Origin: Candidatus Omnitrophota bacterium
Lineage (GTDB): Bacteria; Omnitrophota; Gorgyraeia; Zapsychrales; Zapsychraceae
Direction: 5' to 3'
Length of the DNA: 64,000 nt
Assembly (NCBI GenBank): GCA_029261065.1
Contig: JAJDCB010000011.1
Span: 47,168-111,167, forward strand
A model generated the notes under the pieces. It saw only the letters and a list, made by a program, of their open reading frames with translations. It ran no database searches and was not told where the DNA came from. A program made the translations under genes and the position numbers. Positions within the stretch are counted from its first letter, which is position 1, and each line of letters begins with the position of its first letter. Shown piece after piece: positions 15,001 to 27,000 of the stretch.

Positions 15001-18000
15001 TTTATTCAACTGTTGAAACTTTCAAGAGAATTACAAGTGAGAGCCGAGAAGGGTGGGTTGAATGAAATGGTTGCTTCTTTAACTAAAGAAGAAAATTCTG
15101 AGAGTTTGATAAGTAGTTTCTTTAGTTCCGATGAAATTAAACATTCTCATCAAAAAGAAAGTGAATCCAACGAATATGTATTTGTAATGGAGATTTATAA
15201 TTTATTGCTTCAGTTCCTTTCAGCCAAGTTTAAAAAAGATCATCTTATGTGGTTACCTAGTGCTGCAGAGCAGGTACGTCTGAGATGGGAAACAGAGGTC
15301 GTAAGAAACAATTTTATTTCGGAGTATATTTCCAAACAAACAATTATAAAAATGATATCTATGGGTATTGAAGGGATGGAGCGGGTTTTCAATCCGGAAT
15401 CGGAAATTAAAAATTTGATTGGGTTGTTAACAGGATCCGGATTCAATATTAAAAGGACCAATGGTTATGGATGGGCGAAAGATCGTAGGCTATATCTCCC
15501 TCATTTAGAAGGAGAGCCTTATTATTATTTACAAGAATCTTTACTTGTAGCACAGATGCAAGAATATGCATTGGAGGGTGGATCAGTGGTTACAGGAGTC
15601 GCGCAAACACCATTTATTATCTTCTCGAATTCCATTCGTGAAGGTAAGATTTCTATGATCAAAAATTATTTAATCAAACATGTTCCTTCGTATAAAGATC
15701 TTAAGGTTTATACTTTTCCAAGTGGATGGATCACTTTATCGTATGAGAAAGAAAAGTTTTTGATTGCCAACACGCATATTGATACGGTCATTGGATTTAT
15801 TTCTAAAGAAGTAACGGAGCAAGACAGAAACATTCTACTCATTGACCCACTTTATCAAGCCGAAGTTTCCAATCACAGTGAGTATCAGCGATTCTTATCA
15901 GAACAAAAAGTAATCACACACACCATTGCCCTAACAGAAATACAATATAATCCTGCGAATTTTGGTGTTACACCACAAAGACAACTGGTTTTTAATTATA
16001 GCCCCGAAACCATACAAGGATTACAGTTAAAGAAAAATATGCACATGATGATTAAGGATCCAGAAGAAGCCATTGTTCATGTAGCCTCCCATCAGGGCTG
16101 CCTGGGTTGTTTAATGAATCTTGTTCCAAAAAGTAAGGAAAGGGAGGTTCGTATTATACCAACTATAATGATGATGGATCAAGGAAGTAGTCCAATGAAT
16201 AAAGTAGAACGATTCCATGCACTCTTCGAGCTTTTTAACGAGCAGTTAATGAATCTCGGTATTGATGGGGCACGAGGAAGTTTTCAAGATATGTTAAAAA
16301 TTATTGTGGAGCTGGATTCAGATGATGGTAATGGTGAGGTCTTTTTACAAAGGATTAAAGATAGTCTGGAAAATCATAAATCAATTACCATAGACAACTT
16401 AATATTTATGGATTATCACGAAACCATTCAGGCCATGCAAAGTACTTTACGTGAACTGGGCCATGTTATATCAACTTTTGCTAGTATCGGAGGAGATGTT
16501 GAGGAGTACATCCGTGATTATATGGATTTCAAAGAAGAAGTATTAATGATGGCTGACAATGAAAAGCCTATGGGTCAAACAACGCAACGTATTGCACAAG
16601 CTAATGAAACTTCGATTCAAGCATTAAACCACATGATGCAATACCAAAAAGAATTGATACGGCATTATCCTGCTAAATTAACAGGAGTCTTAATCTACGA
16701 TGAAACAGGCAAGCTTGGACTTATGACAGATCTTAACAAAACACGAGATCATCTCCTACATAATCCTGATGTCGTTGTTACATTCAGGTATACAAAACCC
16801 ATGTTTGATGGTGAAGGTGTTGCTGGTGCAAATCAGGATAAACTGAAACAGTCGATCATCGATGAGGTTCTTGAAGCGACATTTAATACGGGTGCGATCT
16901 ATGTCCATCGGTTAACACCTGAGCAATTTAATGATCCAAAAAATATCGGTCTTCGTATTGTGCTAAAAGAGGTAGAACATTTTGTTGAATCCCAACTGCG
17001 CTTAGAAACAGTGGTTCATTCACTATCCGATGCCTTTTCTAAATATGAAGAAAAGTTTATTGTTAATCAACCTATTCGAAGAGTAATAGGTCTAATCGAA
17101 CGATCAGAAATAGAGTTAAATAATGGAAACATTCAAAGAGCCAAAACAACCCTTAGCGATGCCATTACCATATTAAATTTAATAATAAATTATAGTGGTC
17201 TCGTTTCATCAACCGATATAGCTTATCAAACTCTTGTCATGACCGAGAGTGTAGATCCAATTAAACGGGCAAAAGAACTTCTGGAAATTATCGAAAATCG
17301 TTTACAAAATATAGAACTAAACCCTGAAGTGTATCTCGACCTGGCTGAACGCAGAAAACAACTTGCTCGTGAATCAGGTAGGTATGAAAAGTTCGACAGA
17401 TTATTACAGCTTGTAGGACCGATAAAGGTCAATGAGATGTTTTCAAAACATTTAGGTGAACTCAGCATAGCAAATAATGTAAGTGACCACTACCCATGGT
17501 ATTTCGATGTCAGATTATCCATTTTCCCAACGTTAGATATACCAGGTGTGCCAATTTCACTAATAGATGTAGATACCAATCAAATCATCGCAGAAGAAGT
17601 AATTCATTCTAGTTTAACCTACCTAGGATTTTCACTATCATTAGAAGAAGAGAGCACATCACTACAAATGGAAAAAGCAACATTTAAAGACATCATTCCT
17701 CATTCATATCGCCTTGAAGTTAGAAGTTCGTCCTCAATGCATGACAATCAAAATCAATTCGTGCCTGTCACTGATTATTACAATGATGGATCTGTCAATA
17801 GGTTGTTTGAAATATGGACCAAAGGAGCAAAGAGCATCAACGAGCTTATTTTTGAGGCGAGAAAATTAAATTTTACGGCAATTTTATATCAAGAGGGTAT
17901 TCTTAAATCAATAAAAGGAAATAAATACCATGATATAGATCCTCCTTATGCAAGGTATTTTGATAGCCACTTATTAATTAATCTGTTTGAAAATATTCGT

Positions 18001-21000
18001 CAGCATACCAATGACTACGCTCTTTATCTATGGCGTGAAAGTGATGAAGGGTTTGAAATTATTTTATTTGATTATGGGCCTGGTATCTTAAATCCTCTTG
18101 GAGAGCCCGTTTCAGACTTAGGAAAAATATTTGATGATTACTCATACAGTAAAGGTGGAATAGGATTCAAAGGCAAAAATGCGGGAGGAGGAGGTGGTTG
18201 GGGAACTCATTCATTTGCTGTTTTTTCTTATTTAACAAGACTAATTTCAGTAAACGCCGGATATGTTCGTGTCGCTGAAAAAGAGGACCCGGGCTTCAAG
18301 AAACTTAATCATGATATTGCTGTCAAGCAGGTGAATATACCTACGGAATCCCTTAATATTCGGCCTTCTCATTCTGGCGTGATTCTTCATGCATTTAATC
18401 CATTTAAAAAGTCCTATCTCGGAACATTTGCGGATGTATCTAACAATTCTATATTAGGAACAATTCAGACGACGAATGCCGTAACAGAACAAAGAGGGCC
18501 TTGGCAATTGCCAGTTGCTGCGGGATGGAACACTTTATCTATAGGCGATCAAGTTGAGCTGATCTATTTTGTTTCCAGTGAAGGGGAGAAACTCGTTATG
18601 ACCAGCGGGCGTGTCATTGATGCTTTCCAAGATGACTCCTTAATAGAAATGGACAAAGGAAGGACACTGAATAGTCACGATGTAAGGCGAGTGATAACTA
18701 CACGCGGAGAAGAGAAGACAGAGAATTGGCAACAAGTAAGAGGCGCGTTTTTTAGATTGGGTGTAAGCGACGGCTTGACGGTTCAAATCGAATATAGAGT
18801 GGACCGTATTATTAGTGAGCGAAAATCGGTAAGCGGGATTATCCAAGAGATTCCAACCAAAGAAAATACAGGGAACTTCGTTATTAAAATTCCTAAGAAA
18901 GTAAAATCATTTACCTTAAGCCTATCTGAATTAAAAGAGTTTAACCTAATTCAAAAGGCAAAAGCAAAAAGGGTCAGTTCCCCATTTAGCAAAACACTAT
19001 TAATAGATGGCACTGATCCTCAAGAAATATTATTTAATCAATGGTTTGGAGAGAATTCCGTGCTTAAAGGAACTTTCCTCCAGCAAATCGTAACAGAGGT
19101 TTTGATTGAAGAAAATAATCCGTATGCTTTAGATGTAAAAATTATTACGAAGGAAGGAGAGATTAAAATTTTTGTTAGACGTCCTTGGCCTGCTTTTTTA
19201 AGACCGGTATCGATAACATGGCTTTCGGTTGAATTTAATTCAGGTGACAATATACGTAAGCGCCATTCTAGAGATGTGTTAATGTTGATGCTTGACTGGC
19301 TTAAAATTAGAGGATTTAAGAAAGTTATACTCGATTTAAATGAGGGAAAAGCAGTGGGTTTCTTTAGGGCAACACTACCTAGTTGGGCGAAAGACGAAGG
19401 TGATATTACTTATCGTATTGGCGGTGTTGTTATGCATAAAGCTTTTATTTATTTGGAAAATATGGAATTTAGGCGGCAAGAACAACCAAGGGGCAATTCT
19501 CAAGGCTCCGACACCATCTCTACTTCATCACCCCTTTATCAGGAGGATGTTCTAATTCTTGAGAAAGGAACAGATCTTCATGCACAGATGATGAGCTCGC
19601 CTAATCCTTTGCAGTGGATTTATCAAGAATTTGTTGCCCCAAGCATCATTAAGCCGGTTCTTTTAAGGGTAACCGCGCTTGGTTTAGATCAGGCTTTATT
19701 TGTTGAAAAGGAGTTCGATTCTAACAAGGCTCTATTGATTAGTCAGTTAAAAACTATGATTCAAACAGGGCCTGTCTCGTTATTGACTGTAGGAAATGTA
19801 GGCGCAATAAGTTATTCTGATGAACTCATTGGTGTGGATCTGACTTATCAAGACAATGAATATCATTTAGAATTTGAGATTATCAAAGGAAGTCGATTGA
19901 CAGAGCTTGGGGTCAAGTCTCGACTTACCGACACCTTTTACTCAAGCAGCTCAATTCGTTCATCTGTAGTCAATTCGAGACTTGACCACGAAATTTCTGG
20001 GGCATTCTTGCCGTTAACTTTATTTCAGAATATTGACGAATCAATCGCTGAGGATAATCATCTGGCATTGCTTAAAAGAACGGTATCTGTAGATGGAAAT
20101 GATCATGAAGTTGTTGTTGATATCCAGGGCCGTTATTTGAGAGTGGATTCTTTGATCATTTTGACGAGACAACTTGTAGTGTCGGAAGATTCAAAAATTT
20201 ATCAGAGTAACGATGCCGTATTGTATACCAATGGCCCGGTTGAGTTTTTATCATTTGTCGTTCCAATCATTGTATCTATGTTCGACCATAGGGATCTGAT
20301 TAAAGACAAGACGGTATTTGAGTATGGTTCAGGTCAAGGTTTGCTTTTACTGGTGGCTCTAGGCCTTGGGGCAAAGCGGGTTGTTGGTATAGATTCTCGA
20401 CGTCATGACCATGAAAAAGCAAAGGAATTATTAGATAATTCGTTTTATGAAGGGCGTATATTTGAAAATTTAACAACCTTTTTTGATCATACACAACTCT
20501 TTGATGGGAAATATATTCTTATTAATGACAATATTAATGAATGGTTTAAATATGATCAGGACAGTCGCAATCAAATTCTCGGCTCAGATGAGCTAGTCTA
20601 TATTGTTAACATGGGACATTCTTATGACATTCATGAACAAATTTTATCAAATCAATTTGGGGAACACAATTTGAGACAAAAATTATCGATCCTTGGTGGA
20701 TTTTCAAATGATGATTATTACAGAGGCTTCGATAGGTTCGGCCATAAGAACACAGCAAATCAATTACGGAGAGGGAGAAGTCAATGGCATGTGGAAGAAG
20801 TAAATTACAATTTTGGAATTAGCTATACAGCCTTAGTTGTCCGGCCGAAAGGATCCTTGCCGGCTTTTGATTCTGGGGATGATGTGAGTGGGATAATAAG
20901 GGGCAGATTTTTTACTAAAGCTCGTTTGAAAGTAAAGCCAGCAAATGTCAGATTAGATCCCGGCACAAATAGTTCACCCTTAGCGTTAAGATTTATTGAT

Positions 21001-24000
21001 GAATATAAACGTTTAATACAGGACATAGGTGTGACAAGGGACGAGGCAAGATTTTACGGCACAGGTGAAGTGAGGGCATATGAGGTGGGTCAATGGTATG
21101 AACATTACGCGGCCGTGATGGAAAACGAAAATCAATTTGTTAGCGTGCAGGAGAAAACCAGAGACTTCCTATTTTATATTGCCGCTATAGAGCAAACGGA
21201 TTATGAGCACATGAGTAATATGACGATAGAAGGGAATAATAAAAAGTTAAAATTTTACAATCGGCTAGAACGCACCAGAAAATTATTTAATATTTCAGCT
21301 CACTTAAATATTTTGAATGATCAAGAATTGGCAGTTCTAACTGAAACGATTCGTGGCTATTGGTTGAAAAAAGGTTATGAGAAGAGGTTTGCCTTTAATA
21401 TTCTTGCAGGGCTTGTATACGATTACTATATCTATTCAGCAGAACGTTTTGAACGATTTGCGAAAAATGTGATCATTATCCTGGATGGCGGTGATCAAAA
21501 ACAAAAGATTGTTGGAACGCTGGCCTTTGGTTTTCTCTTATTTACGCATCTTATTACATACGGGGCGCATTATCCCAACCATCGCAGACCTCTGGACTGG
21601 GATATTTACAAAATTACTGTGCGCTATTACTTGTCTCAATTAATGGCTATCCGATTAAACCAGGGTAGTAACACTGTCATAGATAAAAAATTCATAATAT
21701 TACTTAATTGGTTTGCTCAGATTTTTACAGAATTTAGAATCTTTGATATGCGCATTGTTCAGAATGAAGTCGATCAATATAAACAACAATCGAATGATTT
21801 ATGGCCCAATGGCCGGGTGGATTCTATGCCATATTATTGGGGGGTGACGGGGACGCTTGGTCTTTTGACAAAAATTCGTCGATTAGATGGAAATGGATAT
21901 GTCCCTCAAAAAGTTATTGAACAGTTTATTGCCCAAATATATTCCATCAACTGGAATCAACAAGAATATCCTCATCCCAGCATGGTCTTTATGGACCATG
22001 GCAGTGCTTATCATCAAGTAGAAGATTTTAATATTCCATTTATTATAGCCAAAACGTTTATTGATTCGAATGCAGAGAGAAAGGAAGTAAATGTCAGGCA
22101 GCCCTTATTCTTTTCAAATGATTACTTTGATCCAAATTTTACGAAAAAGATTATATTGGCCGAGCCTGAGCATCCCGTTCAAGGGACAGCAGAAGAAAGA
22201 TTATTGTCCTTGGATCGCATGATGTTGAAACTCAAATTCGCCAGAAACTTTCCATGGGTTATGGTTGAGTACAATGCCAAATATAGGACTGAAGGTACAT
22301 CTTCACCGCTCGGAGGAAAAGAGAGTCGCGGTCCAATAAATAGAGCCGAGATGAGGCGTAGGATTCAACACAGGATTGAACGAGGAGAATCGGCTTGGCT
22401 TGTTAGTTTTCATGAGAATTTAGGGTGGATACTTTATACCACGGGCTTGATGAGAATTCTTGATTTTATTCTTAACCCGGTTTCTAAATATTATAAAAGA
22501 AAAGTGGAGAGTCAGACAGATTTCTTAAGTGTGATTAAGATGTTCGATCGGGCTTGGATTAAAGGAACATTATCACTGTTGACAGGTTCTGCTGGCGTGA
22601 TTTTTATTTGGTTAGGTTTTGATTCGTTTATTAAGGGTTTTGAATATTATTATATGTTTAGCCTTTCCCTTTTGGCGCTGATTTTAACGATATATTTAAA
22701 AACTTCCGCTCAGATGATTATTCATCATAGCGAACCCATTATTGAGAATAGAACGTTGCATGAGAGAAAGAGTGATGCAGAAGAACTGCAGCGTTTGAAT
22801 GACAACATATTGCTGGCTGAAAATAGAAAGGGCTATGAATGGTTCCAGACTTTAATTTATTTAACCATAGGCTTACCTGTTTTGGCGGGATTTTTGATTG
22901 CGGGGTATCTTATAGAAATAGTTTTGGTTAAAACCATATTTTATGGGCTTGGTCTTATTAGTTTTACTCTTTTATTTGGAATCTTAACCGTTGCTAACGA
23001 AAAAACAACACATAATATTACAAAACTGAAGAAAGAGAGAGATGCGTTATTGAATCATAAACGCATAAGAAAAGAATCAGAGGGTAATAAAGACTTGGAA
23101 ATTCAAGAGCTTAGCGAACCATCATTATCTTTTTCAGACAAAGATGAACATGGTAAACATAATGTTGGTGCTAGTTTTATTTCTTTTGCGGTTGCTGTTC
23201 ATGGGGTTGGATTCTTATGGAGTTACTTTGGCCTTGCGTCTTATTTCATATGGGCCGCACCAATAGGAATTTTTGGTGCTTTAATTATTTCTAGATCTAT
23301 GGGGCAAAGATCAATCAAACAAATTTTTAGAGGAGATATGATATATAACCAAAATTTATATCCGTATCTTCGTCATCCCATGTATTTAGGCTACTTCATT
23401 ATGTTTGCAAGCTTTTTAGGACTAGAGAATGTGTTTGTTAACAGCATATCTTGGGGATTAATACTTATATTCATTATAAAGATATTTACAGATGATAACG
23501 CATTAGAGGAAAAATTTGAAGAACTAAGAAAAAGTGCCATCAAGTCGGAACAAGAAGAAGCAGAAGTATATTTTGACTATAAAGGGAAGACGCCATCCAT
23601 TATTATTCAGCCCAAAAATATTAAGCCTTTTCTAAAGGATGTGTTTTTTGGTAATGATAAAGAATCGAATAAAGGAAAGGACAAGAATGGCTCATCACCA
23701 GCAAAACGATCACCTTTAGATGATTCAAATATTATTCAACTGTTTACATCAGGTGTTGATGGGTTAGATTTCAAAAATGCATCAATAGGGTTGCCAGAAC
23801 AAGGTCAGAGATTTGAATTGTGGCGGTATGATTCACTTTCAGATGAATTAAGGCCACAGGCTTTTGACGATATTGATCAAATGTATTCGCAGGTATTTGA
23901 AAGAGTCCTTAGTGTGGAAGAGAAAGAATTTGTTTTTTATGAACTTCGTTCTAATGAAAATACGGTGTTGTACTCTAGTGGGCATTTAACTTGCCAATCT

Positions 24001-27000
24001 TGCACCTTCAGAGCTATGCGGGATAACAATATTGTTATTGGGCATCATCATCTTTATTATCATCCGCAGTATTCTTTTGGTGCGGCACGAGCGTATCTAA
24101 AATATTTACTGGTGCTTAAGTTTTTAACAGAGAAGAAAAATAGATTTCGTAATATTCAGTTGATCCTTAATACAGATGACTCGTTGGATAAATTGCGTTT
24201 AGAGGAAGAAGCAGGGAAGTTAGGTATTGAAGTCATTTCACATATTTCACGAGACAGAAAAAAGTGGTTGGAAAGTGGTCAAAAACTTGTTGTTGATACA
24301 ATTGTTACTGCAGAACAGGTAGCATTTATGGAAAGGGTACTTGAGTCTAAAAATCATTCTGAATTCTATCAGGTTCCTTGGGAAAATATAACTCAAGGAG
24401 AATCATCAATAAGAGCAAGTGGTTCATCAAGCCCTCTCAAACTCGCCCTGCAGGCAACGCCTGGATTGACACCGGGGGATGTTCCTTTAGCCCAAACAGT
24501 TTTAATTGGTCACTCCGATACGTTTGAATATCTGAATGTTACGGATCAGCTTGTAAATGAGCAAACATTAGAGTTTCTTCAAGCTGGCCGTGACGTGATT
24601 ATGACAGTCCCTGACTTTCATGTAGAGCTACAAAGAATGATTAAAGAAGCGCAATTTGAGATTATGAAAGTCGCCGTTCTTACAACAATCGATCAAGTTC
24701 GCGAGATGAAGCGCGCCTTGAGGTCATCGTCTCCTTTCTTAAGCAAATCTCAAAAACGCAATGTGTTTGTCACGATTGTTTTATCAATTGCAGGTGTTCT
24801 GGCATTTACATACCCGGCTTACGGAGGCGGTGTATTTATATCATTGTTTGCTAGCAAGATATATTTCGATTTCAGTGTTGATCAAGCAAATAAGTTTCAA
24901 AAGGCGGTCATGAACGCGGCATATGAACACGATATCACGAATGATCTGGTTATAAACATAATCTGGAAGAAGCATAATACGAAAAATTGGGATGTGAAGG
25001 AAGGTGCTTTAAATATTAAAGGGAATATGTTTGCAACGACGATAGGCAGCAGTCTTTTCATATCGGTTGTTTATTATAATTTTGCTTTACTTCTTTTAGC
25101 AGGCGATTTTCGTCTTGACGATTTAGATTCATTGATAGGTGGTGTCGGCGTTGGATTGATAGCTTACGCCTTTCCTTATTTGAGTACCTACGCTCAAGTA
25201 ACACAAAAAATTGCCAAAGCAGATAGACTATTTAAAAAGGTTAAGAATGGTGAAAATACAGATGATGAAATTGAGGAATCAGATAGCGACTATATTAATC
25301 CAGTTTCTTCACCGTTTATTGAAAATTTTAAAGAATCAAGGATGAGTAATTCAGAAGATAGCAGACGCTTTAACAAAGCACTTGGTATGTTTAGGGTTAC
25401 AGAAGAAATCCGAATAAAAAGTGACAGGCACCAATTAAGCTCGCCGATGAGTGGGGATCGAGATAAAGGGGTGCCTGTCACGGATTATTTAAGCTCGCTC
25501 ATCCTGGTTATAGGATTAGTTCTTTCTATGTTGGCCGGTCAGGATATGATGCGGGGTGCCATGTTTAGTCTGACACCGTTATCGGAAATTTTTGCGACGA
25601 TGTTTTCTATTTGGATGATCTTTTCAGTACCAACTAAGGTGTTTACAGGAGCTGTGTATATTTATCTTCTTAATCAGGCCCTCATTAAGCCACTACGAGC
25701 GCCACCGCGCATTTCAGAAAAATCTGAAAAAGATAACAATTTAAGTCCTAAGACCAAACGACCAAGCTCCCCCATCCAGGCTATAGGATTAGTTCCTTAT
25801 ATATTGGCTGGTCAGGATATGATGGGGAATGTTTATACGATAAGAAAATATAATGCGTCGAGTGCAGTAGAAAGTTTCAAACATTCAATAAATAATATTG
25901 TTACCTTTCCGCACAATTCTTCTCGTATTTCTTTGGCAAATCAAGATATTGCAATGGGTAGGATGGATTCTGCTTTTGGAAAGCAAAGCATTAGGGTTCA
26001 TCCCTATTTATCCAAGTTTTTAGGAAGGGATAGGTCGAGTATAGGAGCTGACGGGAACTTCAACAAATTTTTTAAATTGATTCTTTTTTACAGAACTTTC
26101 CATCCGTTTAGCAACTTTAGCCGTAAAATATTGTTCGCCGCATTGTTGGCAGACGCCAGCAGGAACTCCACGAAAAATATAAAGTTTGCCGTTGGATCTA
26201 AGATCAACCGTTACCTTAGCTTCTTTAACAGCGCCTCCGCAAAAAGAACAATCACTATATTTATGTTTATTAGGCATTTATTTTCTCCTTTGTTCAGGAT
26301 TTATCCATTTAGGACGTTTGGGAATATAAACCGTTATAATTCGCAGCCATTTATTCGAAAGAATGCTACATACGATGTGAATAGATTTGCCTCTCGATTT
26401 TCCAAAGACAAGACAACTTTTCCCACGTTTATCTTCAGGGTAGCGCTCAATAATTTTACCTTTAATAATGGCAGTTTCGATGGCCTTCAGACTAATGTTT
26501 TCATTAAGTCTTTCTTTTTGCGCATGAAGACTGATTTCATATCGTTCATGAATAATGCAGGTTCTGAGGTTTTCAATGTTCATAAAATATTTTATTTTAT
26601 CTCAAGTTTAAATATATTCCCTTACCGAATTGCTCTTAAGATAACAGTTCCAAAGATTATTGTCAACCAGGGGGTCTTAACTTTGATAGGTAATCAAGCA
26701 AGCTCCGCCATCTTGGCTATAGGATTAGTTTCTTATATGTTGGCCGGTCAGGATATGATGCGGGATGCCATGTTTGGTTTGACGTCTTTACCGGACATCT
26801 TTGCGGCGATGTTTTCTATTTGGATACTCTTTTCATTACCAACTAAGGTGGTAACAGGAGCTGTGTATGTTTATCTTCTTAATCAGGCCTTCATTAAGCC
26901 ATTACGAGGGCCACCTAAAAAAGTTTCCAAAGGGCCTTCATCGCCTTTGGCAAATTTACCAAGATCATTCATCCTGGCTATAGGATTAGTTCTTTATATG

